Below, piece after piece: positions 12,196 to 25,000 of a stretch of 33,724 bases of DNA. Made by a program: the position numbers and the translations under genes. Under the pieces are notes generated by a model. That model ran no database searches and was not told where the DNA came from. It saw only the letters and a program-made list of their open reading frames with translations. Positions within the stretch are counted from its first letter, which is position 1; each line of letters opens with the position of its first letter. Origin of the DNA: Trichoplax sp. H2 (taxonomy: Eukaryota); assembly GCA_003344405.1 (NCBI GenBank), contig NOWV01000011.1, positions 992,001 through 1,025,724 of the forward strand, read 5' to 3'.

Positions 12196-14854
12196 CTATA
12201 TAAAGAATTTTAATATGGACTCTAACTTTCTATCATACTGTAGATTTCAAAATTACTGTAATCTATACTGTTGTACTAATAACATATCTCTATAGACGTC
12301 TATATCAGTATATGGCCTATAAGATACATCATTTACAGCTTCCACTGTCTATTTTACATATCGAAATATTCCAAATTCTTTTCAATACTGTGAATACTAA
12401 TACAGTATATGCAATTTGAACTAGACGTATTTTAATGCTATCCTATCAAGAATTCAAATCTAAGTAGATCTTCTAATGGAAGGTATACCTAGACGCCTAT
12501 TGCACATACTCTATTTCTATATTCCATCAGGGTATGGTTAAGTAAATGATAATCGAATGCAATGTCGACACCTATACGTCTTCCTATAATAACTTGACTT
12601 TTTGAATTGCTGAAGAGATTGTGCAGCAATTTATATTCAATAACCATGCTATAATATCGATTCTATACATTTCTCGAAAAAATCTTTCGACGTTATCAAT
12701 TCCTCAAGCGTGTGTTATACACGATTGATTATTCAATCGTAAGCTATTTAACTAAAATAAGAGTTGTTGAATATAAAAAAGGGGAAAAGAAAAAAAAAAT
12801 CACTGCAATGCATTCTTAGTTTAATTCTACCATTGGATGTCAGTTTAACATAAAATCAATGATTTAGGGTCGTTCTTTGATCGAATTTATTGACAAATGT
12901 CAATTTGATATCGTCTATTGATGTCAGGTAGACCTTTCATAAAAAAATCTGCAATCATTTAACACTAATATACAAGTGATTAGATTACGACAAGACCTAT
13001 CTGAGTGTCAATACATTCAAGAGGACAGCTAGATTGGCAAGCCATCAGGAAAAACAAAGTAAAAATGATGAATGCTATAGAAGAGTAAATCAAAAAAGAG
13101 AATAATCTATCTGAATAGATACCATGATGAGGACAATATAATGTTTAACTCAATTGAATTTTGACTACTACGCGTATAGTTGAATTGATCTATTCTATCG
13201 GCAGTTGCTTAGTGTGCAAGGAACAATATCAAAATTTTAAATACAATTCTGCGATAATAACATTATTTCAATGATATTCTTGATATTTAAGTCAGTATAC
13301 ACACCAACCAGCTCATAATGATATGATAATATATATATTATCTATCTCGATACAAGTGCTTGTACTTGGAATAAGATACGCATCATCAATTCCAAGAAGG
13401 AAAATGAATCCATACTTTCCCTTCCGCCTTTTTCTCTCTCTCTACAAGTAGTGTAGTTTTACAATTAATGATATCCAATACAGCCAAAATAGAACATATA
13501 TCTCCAATTATGAAACGTCATAAGTAATCAAAAAACTTTCTACTGTCTATATTGTATATGTATATATATAGCGAAAAATGCGACAAATTATCTTCACCAC
13601 AAATAATCATAATAATCACTTGTAAATTCAAGCGAATTTGCTACGTGATGTATTTCAATTCTTGAAGTCTGTTACTGTTAAGTTCCATTTATTCTTATAC
13701 ATGGAATACATTGATTCTTATTTCAAGAATAGATCGTTGAAAGGTAAAAGGAAGATGATCATGATAATGAAAGTAGATTAATTTGCTAAAGTAATTTATT
13801 TTTTTATTGTGTCATTCAAATCGATAGATAGGTCTGATTTCCAACTTTTTCAAATAGTCGATCATCCAATCTTGCTTAGGTATTTCATACTACTACTATA
13901 TTGCATAGGAGGTTGAAGAGAGAGAAAGAAAAAAAAAAATTGGAGAACTTGTCTATACACATGTAGAAGGAGGATAAATAAAATATTAGTCGTAATGATT
14001 GATCGCATTGACAAGGTAGGGGACAACATAAGCTGGCAATCAATTTTCGATAGGATTGATAGAGGAGGAGCATTATTGTTGTTGTTTAAAAGTATGAGCA
14101 AATTTCGATTCAAATGAGACATACGATATGTAGAGGATATGTAGAGGATATGTATTCATGTATATTAAGATTGTATACAATAAGAAATAACTATTTTTCT
14201 TTTTTGGACTTTAAGATAGCCAAGGTGAAGGAAATGAATAGACAACATTCCATAGGAGATTGATTGAAGCTTAGTCAAAAGTTGAAAAATGGATTATATC
14301 CTTTAGTTGACTTACCGTCATTGAGAAATAGGTTATTGAATAACTTGATTCTCGTTCTACTCTCTTTCGCTCGCTTAGATACTACCATAGCGCCGTTGAA
14401 TTTATAATAGCAAGAGTTCACACTCTTCATATTGAAAGTGGCTAACTTGGATCAGCCGAAATCAAGAAGAAAAAAGTAGAAATGCAGTGGATAATATTGA
14501 ATAAAATCAAATTTCTTTTTCTTGTCAAGACAAAAAAACAAAAATTTTAACACAATGATAATGCCTTAATTCTGTAGTGTAAAAGAATAATAATTAATTA
14601 TTGGCGTGCTGTCATATTGGGAATTGATGAATAGAGTGAAAATTAATCATGTACTACATGTACAACACTGTCATGATAGTTGTTCGTTATTGTTGTAAAC
14701 TCATGTTCACTGTATGTAGAATAGATCTTTTCCACACCCCTAGTCAAAAACATGGCGTAGTCGCAGAAAGGATAATAAATTACAATAATTGGTATTTATC
14801 GAAGTCAAGTACATGATCTTAGTCGGTTAAAAACAATCGTTAATTTTATTTTTT

Positions 14855-14932
14855 TTTTTCTCTCTCTCTCTCTCTTTCCTCCTCAATATAATTATAATAG
14901 TTAGGAGAAAGAGGGAGGGAGGGAGAGAAAAA
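14855..14932 (+). other. CT-rich / GA-rich imperfect inverted repeat (potential ~27 bp stem-loop)
   Basis: tttttctctctctctctctctttcctcct (14855-14883) pairs with aggagaaagagggagggagggagagaaaaa (14903-14932), using G:U pairs and small bulges. Confidence 0.55.
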
Positions 14933-15771
14933 CACAAATCAGGCAATGTTTCTGTTCCTTTGATATGGCCAACTCTTAATTTTCTACAATTGACAGCAAT
15001 TAAATCAACTTGATGTCATAGTGTAGAAGATCTATACCCGCTTCAATTTTACTTTTTTTTTTTTCTTTAGCAATGTTCATAGGATCGACTTTCATATTAA
15101 CTTATCCAAGTAATAATAAATGCAACTGTAAAGAGAAGAACTAACATTTCATTCATGGAAAGTAAAGGATAAAAATACAAAAGGTAGAGATCGCCAATTC
15201 TTGACATTGACCAAAGGCCATCATGGCTAAACAATGTCATCCATTTTACTACGACCAAAAGCACAATGTTAGGAGTATTCTGAATCGGTCAAATTTGACT
15301 CCATTCTATCAATACTTTTAACCTCAATATTTCTCAAGGATCCAATCAACTTACAAGTTGACATAAGACTTCAATCAACTGGACAGTATCACTGGAGTAA
15401 TGGACGACATCGCTTCTGACTAATATGGACCAGTAGGAAATCAAGCATATCAATCAATCAATCCATCCTTCATCATCTAATGGATTGATACCAAATCAGC
15501 CAAAGGGCATTTTTCATTCTACTATTTCATCGCTGCTATTATACCTAGGAATATCTCTTGCTAACAACAACATGGATCTTTTCCTTCATCCCTCATGATC
15601 CATCAGGCATGAAGAGAGTATTTTCCTATCATTTACTTTGCCTTTCTGTACAAAGTGACAATGTCGTCATACAGCCAACAACGAGTGCATCTGCAAGAGC
15701 AGCTAAAAACGAATTATCCTATTTTGCTTCTTTTTAAATCTGTCATACAATTACTTCTCGCTGTTTAGAGC

Positions 15772-16270
15772 GATATTATTGTACGGAATAGAAAGTCAAT
15801 GTCATATTTAAGCAATCAATTTTAAAGTAGCAAAGAGCAGACCAGCACGCACTCGATATTTCCAAAAGTACTGTTTGGAAAAAAGAGGATTATAGCAACA
15901 CTGTTGTAACGCAAAACAGGAGTGCCTGCATAGTCCATGTCTTCATTTTTCCAAGAAAACGATATCAGCTAATCCTTGTATTTACTACTGCATAAGTTAT
16001 TATTATTTTTGCTGTTCATGCCGATATCGTGGTAAGGAATAGAAAGTCAATGTCATATTAAGCAATGGGTTTTAGAATAGCAAAGAGCAAACTTGTACAC
16101 ACAGGAGATTTTTCAAAAGTAGTGGTTAGAAAAGGAAGATTACAGTAAGCATTGGTCAATACCGTCATGGAGCAAAAGTAGACGTATAGTCCATGTCTTC
16201 ATTTTCCAAGAAAATGACATCAGCTAATGCTTGCATTGACTACCACGTAAATTATTATTTTTGCTTCTTT
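15772..16270. repeat. Diverged 2-copy tandem duplication, period ~251 bp
   Basis: ggaatagaaagtcaatgtcatatt at 15785 and 16036; atagtccatgtcttcatttt(t)ccaagaaaa occurs in both copies. Confidence 0.9.
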
Positions 16271-16303
16271 TCTGATCGGCTAATCAAATTAGTTAATATA
16301 CTG

Positions 16304-16705
16304 TACTGTAAAAGTGGCTAGAAGCGAAGGTAGAAAGCAGACTTTAATTAATTAAAGAGGATGAACATGCGGTCTATTATTTTCATTGACGAAGCACGAG
16401 TATCCTTGTCGTCCATCAATAGCAAGATTATTTAGCATTTTATTGAGGATAAGGACAACTTGCAAGGTTTATCAAGTTGGTTACGATATTGTAAAAGTAG
16501 CTAGAAGTGGACGTGGAAAGCAGACTTGAAAGAGGATGATCAAGCGGTCCATCATCTTCATTGATGAAGCATGAGCATCCTTGTCGTCCATCAATAGCAA
16601 GATTATTTAGCATTTTATTGAGGATAAGGGCGACTTGCAAGGTTAATTAAGTTGGTTAAAATACTGTAAAAGTGGTTAGAAGCTGACGTAGAAAGCATGC
16701 TTTTA
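16304..16705. repeat. ~2.2-copy tandem repeat, period 175-183 bp
   Basis: ta(c/t)tgtaaaagt(g/a)g(c/t)tagaag at 16304, 16487 and 16662; identical core atccttgtcgtccatcaatagcaagattatttagcattttattgaggataagg. Confidence 0.92.
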
Positions 16706-19700
16706 AGATTAGAGAGAAAAAATGATGTGATTTCAGTTAATTGGATCATTTTCTATCAAAGCATAAGTGGAGAAAGTCAACGATAGTCCACTTGACCGCA
16801 TTCTACCTTATTCTGTATATAAAATCCCAATAATAAAAAAAAATAAAACTAATAGATCGATTAGAATAGCAGCAAGGGAAGGCGAAAGCATGTGTAGTCA
16901 CAGTCTCAATTGCATACAGAGTAGGTAGCAATGGCGTCAAGAATCGGTTTCATTGATGCGCTGATAAGTATAAACTAACCACATTGAAACTAACTAACTC
17001 TGTTACTTACGATTCAAAGTTAGGCATGTGTTGCGATCAAAAATTAGTAACAGTATCAGTTTAAAGACATGGCTTGCATGCAGCTTGTTTCGTCCACGAT
17101 AAGGTAGCCAACAAATGGGAGAACAAGACTGGGAGAGGTAGGGAAAATAATAATTGACCTACTGGTAATATGATGATCGCCTGTTGTACATGTATACCGG
17201 CAATCAGTGGAGATGGCAAGATGGCTAATCAAGGAGATTTATTCAACTTTTTCAACCATCTCGATCAAGCCATCTTTGCAGTCGATGTATATTTATAACT
17301 GTCAATGACGTTAATAATCTCCTTTTCCGATAAATTGATCAAAAGCACACCCAGTCCTACTATACTGTCGACAATGTATACTGAGAAAAAAGCCAAGTGT
17401 AATACGTCATCGAAAATCAATAAATGCCCATCGGGGTTCTCCACTTTTTATCATCAGACTGCATCATAAACTGCAGTCAAAGTCCATTTTGGGGGCTATG
17501 TATAGTAGCGTATATCCATGAGCTATCATGGAAATAAGCAAAGAAAAAAGAAGTGAGTGAATAAGAGAGCAAATTGATCTATTTTAATCTGGTGGAATTA
17601 TTGTGGCGTTATTGGCTAGGCTAAAACTCTTGACGCAATATCAATTTGCTTGCCGCAAGTCTCTATGCCGGCTGTAGTCCAATCGTGTGTCCTAGGACTA
17701 TGTGTAGCCAGTGTAGGCTTGAAATTTAGGCTCATAGCTGAAAAAGAGTGTGCTCTAGCCTATCGATGGGATATTCTAGTCTTGACGATCGATTGATTGC
17801 ATGGGGATCCATGGTTTTTCGTCTTTTTAGCAAGCAAATGTGGTAACCTAGTCGTATTTTATTGTACAAACAACAACATGGTGTTGTAATGATTGTCGGC
17901 CGAGTAGAAGAAGAGAAAAAGGATTCCATCATGGAAAAGTTCTCCTTTTTGCCCATTGCTTTTTCCATTTTTTATTTCAAGTGCATGTTCATTTTACACT
18001 GGAGTATGGCAATCATTTTTAGAGAGGAAAGATAATGTAGTCTACTTTCCTCATGGATAGCCTTGTTGCATCAAGATTGGTTATACAATTGTCTGTGTTG
18101 TTGGTGCATTGATTTGTCTATGTTGAAATGGAGCTATCAAGCACTTACCTGCAAGTCGAATAGATGGTGGTAATGATGTGTTGTTGATTTCTTCAAGGAT
18201 AAGCAGTCAATGTTGAAGCCAATTGGTTTGCAATAACGATTCCTTCTTGCGTTATAACAGGTCTCTAATGGGATGGGAATACTACAATTCCGAATGAATA
18301 AAAAGAACAATGTCAACCAATTTATTGTCGATTTTTTTGTTGACAAAAGGAAGCAAACCCCTTTGGTAAGAAAAATGCATTTTGCTGTATTTGATCGACC
18401 TTTTTCTGACTTGTCAATTGCTGCAATACAGGAATAATTGCAATATTCAAAGTACACCGTGTCCAATAAAGGATATGGATGATCAATTCGCCTACAATCC
18501 ACCAATTGGAAAGTCAACAAGATTGCATCTTGCTTTTAATGTCTTGGCCAAGACAAGTTGAATCAATCGATGATGATCGACTGTGATGTGACAAAAAAGA
18601 AAGCAGTTATATCTTGTATCAAGATGGACAATGATATTTTAAAAATATCCCATGGTTATTATCTTGTTGTGTTATTCTAAACATGACTAATATCTTTTTT
18701 TTGCCAAGCGATAAACAGAGTAAACAATTCCTGTTAGGTCAGCTGATGCCATACAAGACAGTACATTTGTTGATGACAACAGCGTTGGAACAATGTTGGT
18801 ATTTTTATTTGGAGACCATTTTTCAATGTTGTTGATAGCTGTGTTGATTGAAATAGTGGACTTATGGACAGGCGGAAGGCGGTAGTGATGCATTTGGTTT
18901 TGCCTCAACTTCTGTTGATGTAGTTTCGATAAGTCGATGAATTGAAGATGGAAATTCTAGACGCTATGCATGACTAGTTGATCATCGTCTTCATGACATG
19001 GTAACGTAGACAACAAGAGAAAATAAAGTAGTAGCTATGACGGTTACTTTGGATCGTCTATACAGTGGTCCTTTTTTGACGGCTTGGATGTATACTTGGA
19101 TCTATTTCACTGTAGTCATGGATAACAGGACATTTTTCCATCAGCCGATCAAAAAAGTCCCTCCAATGTAAAATTTGTACAAGACATCGTTGAAATGATT
19201 GCACAGTCTGTAAAAACTCCATCCAATGTGGAAGGGAAAAACAACGATCTGCGCTAATTAACCGTTTGTCAGTCAGTCAATCAATCAAATTGAAAGTAAT
19301 TGAGCCAGCCATTTTGCAAGGTATTATTACTTATTTTATCTACCTATTGATTTCTCTCTTTCCTTCATCCTACGTATTCATTCCTCAATCCATGAATACT
19401 GTAGTTGTAGATTTGTATTTGATTATTCTTATTCTTCTCCTGATTATTGATTATTATTATTTTTTTTTGGGGGGGGGGGGAAGGATGTGACGAAGAATGT
19501 CCGTCGGTCTGCACGCTTACCTGATTTTCCAATCGCACTTTTGAAGACCTTATTAATTAATTAAATCAAGAAGAGTTGCTTGCCTCAGTTCTAGCACTAC
19601 TATCTTGGATTTTCAAAATGAGCTCGTCAACAGCTTTAAAGACATTATATGATGGTTTCAATGGATTGAGCAATGGAACCTTGTAAGGACTTTTTCCCAC

Positions 19701-19782
19701 TAGAGTATAATTTTCGCTTTTAAATCGATCCTGTACACCATTTTCTGATACTGTCTATATACAGTACAGTACTGAAGTGGAT

Positions 19783-20748
19783 ATCGTAGTCTATGGACAC
19801 AGTACATCCAATATGGTGGATATCATCTGGTCAAAGTGCAACGAAATGCCGGTATCGACTTTGTGGACAAATCGTAAAATGTATTGATAGACCTAATGTA
19901 CAATGTCTGTTTGCATGTTGATCTTGATGGCTTGAATTTATTTTCCATTCTGCCACTATTGTCCTGTATTTGAAGAACTCGTCAAAAGTTACAAGTACAG
20001 TAGTGGATGATTAATGTCGTAAGCGAATTATTTTAACTAGATCGTAGTCCATGTACACAGGATATCCAATATAGTGGATATCATCTGGTCAAAGCGCAAC
20101 AAAATGCCGGTATCGGCTTTGTGGACAAATCGTAAAATGGACTGATAGACCTAATGTACAATGTCTGTTTGCATGTTGATCTTACTTGATGGCTTGAATT
20201 TATTTTCCATTCTGCTACTACTGTCCTGCATTTTGAAGAACTCCTCCAAAGTTACAAGCACAGTAGTGGATGATTAATGTCGCAAGCGAATTATTTTAAC
20301 TAGATCGTAGTCTTTGTGCACAGGATATCCAAGATGGTGGATATCATCTTGTCAAAGCACAACTGTTCATCTTGATGGCTTGAATTTATTTTCCATTCTG
20401 CCTCTATTGTCCTGCATTTGAAGAACTCCTCCAAAGTTACAAGTACAGTAGTGGATGATTAATGTCGCAAGCGAATTATTTTAACTAGATCGTAGTCCAT
20501 GTACACAGGATATCCAATATGGTGGATATCATCTGGTCAAAGCGCAACGAAATGCCGGTATCGGCTTTGTGGACAAATCGTAAAATGGACTGATAGACCT
20601 GATGTACAATGTCTGTTTGCATGTTGATCTTACTTGATGGCTTGAATTTATTTTCTGTTCTGCCACTACTGTCCTGTATTTGAAGAACTCCTCCAAAGTT
20701 ACAAGTACAGTAGTGGATGATTGATATTCGCAAGCGAATCATTTTAAT
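19783..20748. repeat. 4-copy tandem array, unit ~260 bp (third unit has an internal deletion of ~75-80 bp)
   Basis: Units start with atcgtagtc at 19783, 20041, 20304 and 20489; shared blocks gtggatatcatct(g/t)gtcaaag and cttgatggcttgaatttattttc. Confidence 0.95.
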
Positions 20749-21498
20749 TGGAAATATTCCATTTAGACAACAGCTGCTTGCCTCAGTGCTGCTTAGACCG
20801 GTTTATATTTTGAATCAAGCCATCGAAAATTCCAAATACCCTTCTATGCAATCGATACGACAGACATTCTTCATCAAATCGTCTATCTAATAATAAATAA
20901 TAATAACAATTGTAATGCAGTACATCAACAATGCAAAACATATTGTAATCTAGTCAATCCCTTTAAAATGGATTACTTCCGTGTCTCGTCTTTTCAATAA
21001 ATTTATTACAAGCTCTCAATACAACTGTGTGTACATTGAATGGAAAACTTGAAATTTATTTCGCACTCGAGCCTTTTCAGGACTGATATACTATACCAAT
21101 CGGCCATCATACCATCGAGTTCTATCATCTTGCAGTAAGTAGACCAGAAAGATTGAATCAACCTTGGCAGTCAAAATCGCCATGCACAGGAAATTTCTGA
21201 ATGTACCCTTGTTGAAGTCGCGCAGCCGCTGTCGCAGTTGCTCTTCGGCTTATTGTTGCCGTATGGAAACAAGAAGTCTATACGATAAGCATTGAAATAA
21301 AGTTTGAAATTATTTGACCGTTAATTTCAAACATTTGAAAGGACACTGTATAGACTGTAGACAGTACAGTGTATAGTACTGTAATGTCCTATACTGTCGG
21401 TTTATCAGATACAGTCTGTAATAGTAAAGTGTACAGTGTAGGTACTGTACAGGCTGAGAGTTCATTAATTTGATTGATTAGTTAATGAATTAATTAAT

Positions 21499-22020
21499 CA
21501 AAACTAAAACTGCATAATTTACCGTTAATAAGTCACTACAATTTCAAATTAATCGATCAACAGGCCTCAAAGTAGTTGCAAATCCAATCAAGTTGGTTGC
21601 AATCCATCCAAACTAAAACTGCATAATTGACCGTCAAGAAGTCACTACAATTTCAAATTAATCGATCAACAGGCCTCAAAGTAGTTGCAAATTCAATCAA
21701 GTTGGTTGCAATCCATCCAAACTAAAACTGTATAATTTACCGTTAATAAGTCACTATAATTTTATATTAATCGATCAACAGGCCTCAAAGTAGTTACAAA
21801 TCCAATCAAGTTGGTTGCAATCCATCCAAACTAAAACTGTATAATTGACCGTCAAGAAGTCACTACAATTTCAAATTAATCGATCAACAGGCCTCAAAGT
21901 AGTTGCAAATCCAATCAAGTTGGTTGCAATCCATCCAAACTAAAACTGCATAATTGACCGTCAAGAAGTCACTACAATTTCATATTAATCGGTCAACAGG
22001 CCTCAAAGTAGTTGCAAATC
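21499..22020. repeat. ~4.8-copy 109-bp minisatellite immediately upstream of the ARIP4-like gene
   Basis: aaactaaaactg at 21501, 21610, 21719, 21828 and 21937; near-identical units. Confidence 0.97.
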
Positions 22021-22039
22021 TATTTCAACTTATACCCTA

Positions 22040-22067
22040 TTCCACTGGACTTTTTCCATCGTTTGAA
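22040..22067 (+). promoter_or_regulatory. 28-bp leader element identical in both ARIP4-like copies (probable core promoter or 5' UTR)
   Basis: ttccactggactttttccatcgtttgaa at 22040-22067 and 33441-33468; both are followed by gatacagaggagaa(c/g)ATGAAAAGACAA. Confidence 0.6.
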
Positions 22068-22098
22068 GAACGATAGATAGAGTGATACAGAGGAGAAC

Positions 22099-25000
22099 AT
22101 GAAAAGACAATATCCATTAACCTATGAACCCTTAAATGGTACTCTCGAGTATCCATCCTTCTTCAGGGATCGTCTAAACAAACGCAAAAAAATACAACCA
22201 ATTCAATCTTTTGACACTCTTAACCAGCCAGTGTTACAAGCACAACGTGAAGAGCAACAACGACTAATTCGATTAGGTTTGATCAATGATCCATCCTGTT
22301 ATACATCTGATACTGCTGATCAATCAACACCAGTGGGTACCTCGATCTCCAATCCTGTTATTATTCTCGATAGCAGTAGTGATGAAGAGGAAATTCAAGA
22401 AGTAATCTATCCATTATCCAAATCATCGCAAGATAGCAAAACGGTGGTCCACTCTAGCTCAAGCGTAACCAATCCTTCCGCTAGTTCTTACGCCGCTGTT
22501 ATTGATAGTTGTAGCAAAGACAGAAATAGCCATAACAACAACAAACCAAAACATGAAACTTTCTATCTCCAAAAGATCAATCAACTTATCGACCAAAGTG
22601 GGCGAAAACAGGTAGAATACTGTATTGTACACACAATGACACCAACAAGACTTCATTTTGATACCGGACTCTTTCATATTTCTATCCACCTACCTTCCAA
22701 TAATCGTCCTACACGGCCCAACAGAAAGAATCATACACTAATCATTCTTTTCTTACTTAGGCCCATCATTCTCTCTTTTAATACTATCACTTTAGCTCAT
22801 CTTTGAAGCATATCTTATTCAATCTTAATGCCATCACGTATACCATTAGCTATAGTATAATTATCAACATTAATCATGATAAGCAGTCTTGTAGATAGAT
22901 CACTTAATGCAATGCCTCTTCCATCAATACGATCGCTTGGACGAATCCTCACCGTCACATACGAAAAAAATTCGTAAACAATATCAGGCTAACTGCTCCT
23001 TTCATCGAGGCGATCGCTTTAACTAGTCCTGAAACACCTTCAATTTCGTCGAAATACTGTACCTTCATGCATAAGGCAAAAAGCGACGAATCATATCTAA
23101 TTTAGTTATTCCAACTATGCGTATACATTCCATCAGTACCATCTCTCCAAAGATGTGCAACTCAATCGGATTATCCTCATATTTATGTCAAGTTTAGCAA
23201 AGAATCATAAACAGTAACAATCACTGCTGCACAATCGCTTTCACTAGTCCTGAAGCATCTTCAACCTAATCTAAATACCTTTAAAGCCTAGCCCGAATAG
23301 TAAAGAATCCAGATCAAGTTCATTAGTTATACTAACTGCTCATCCTATCAATACAATCCCCTCCTATGATCATGATCATCCATTCAATCCAATGTTTCCC
23401 GCATGAGGTCAAATAGTAAAGAATCATAAGCAATCTTGGTGAGGCTAATTATTTATTCCATGAACACAATCGCTTTGACTAGCCTTGAAAGATTTTAAAT
23501 GTAGTCTAAATACCTTCAAGTCTAGCCCAAACAGTAAAGAATCATCACTCATCTAAGCTATGTTCAATGTTCATAGATGTTCAACCAATCCAATTATCTT
23601 CATGCTTATGTCAAATATAGTCAAGAATCATAAGTAATACCAATCAATACAATCGCTTTGACTAGTCCTGAAGGATCTTCATTTAGTCCAAATACCTTTA
23701 AGTACCTAAAGTGTAGCCCAAATAGTAAAGAATTATCGCTCATCTCATTTACCCTATTCATAAATGTTCAATTCAATCCAATTATCCGCATGCTTAGGTC
23801 AAATGTAGTCAAGAATCATGAGTAATATCGATTAATACCATCGCTGCGACTAGTCCTGAAGGATCTTCAACTTAATAATCTGCATCCCTTTAAAGCCTAG
23901 CCCAAACGGTAAAGAATCTCACTCACCCTAGTTACCCTAACCACTCATTCCATCAGTACAATCCTCTCCCAAGATCATCAACTCAATCGAATTTTCCTCA
24001 TACGATATCAATACAATCACTTTGACTAATCTTGAAAAATCTTGAACTTAGCCGAGTTACCTTTATTAAAGCATAAACCAATTGTAAAGAATCATACTAA
24101 CCGAACCTATTCATTCTGTCGGTACTTTCAATCCTATCCCAAGATCTTCAATTTAATCTAATGATCCTCACGCATACTTCAAGTAACGAAGAATTACAAA
24201 TATCTTGAAACTTACAGGGTTAATATGTAAAAGGCTTAATCGATTTATTTTGATGCCATTTTAAACATCAAGTGATCCTTTAAAGGCTATGCTAGCCAAG
24301 ACTCCAACTCATACACCAATCCTACTGCATTTTAATCTTGCCATCTTTAAAGTTTAAAATCAATCTGTACTCCTAAATTCGAATTCATCGATAATACTTT
24401 AGTTCTCTATCAATGTAGCGAATACTCGTCGTATTATTTTATTGTTGATGGTTGACGATATTTCTTTCAACTATGAAACATAACCTGTATTAAAATATAT
24501 ATCTAGCAAGTAATCATTTCGTAATACAGAAAATCTTTGAACTGTATCCTCAGAGAAAATTACCGTAGATATGCTATACTGTAATAGAGAATCCAATAAG
24601 ATTATAATTATCGATGATATATTAAACGAGATGCATAGAAAGTAAACCATTCATGCAAAATACAGTACAAAATGGTGTATTTATATCATTTAATAGTCCT
24701 AATACTTTCCCATACTGATCAACCCTACTCATTTTGTTTTGTGGAGTAGACACAATCAGAATCCTGTATTTATTGATTATAACTACAGTATAATAAAGTA
24801 TATTTAAAAAAAATTTAGATAGCGGTAATCGTCATCTTATTGAAGTAGCTAGCACGATTTCGCTCCATAATTCTTATTATGCAGTATACTCTAGAAATAC
24901 AATAGCAATAAATTTTCATTGCAAGCAAATACTACACGCAATATCGGTATTAAGCACTTATCAAAATTATTAGAAGTAAAAAAATTCAGATCTACATTTA

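Noticed and set aside
17732-18908. Three minus-strand ORFs (78, 127 and 73 aa)
   Set aside because: No recognisable domain, non-ATG or weak starts, and no consistent exon chain. They may be UTR sequence.
12051-19480. C12A8 (12051-12070) and T8G12 (19461-19480) as transposon terminal inverted repeats
   Set aside because: Only homopolymer tracts match. There is no extended inverted similarity, target-site duplication or transposase.
21499-22020. Regularly spaced repeats as a CRISPR array (also 30609-30978 and 32626-32891)
   Set aside because: Whole units are repeated with no unique spacers, there are no cas genes, and the context is intron-rich eukaryotic DNA.
22612-22806. C-terminal part of track ORF 22099-22806
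   Set aside because: Most likely read-through into intron 1. The CAG|GTAGAA donor at 22611/22612 joins in phase to 25094.
24569-24641. Possible extra ARIP4 exon ([23 protein letters not shown])
   Set aside because: Phase 1 to 2, incompatible with the phase-0 flanking exons unless partner exons exist that I could not identify.
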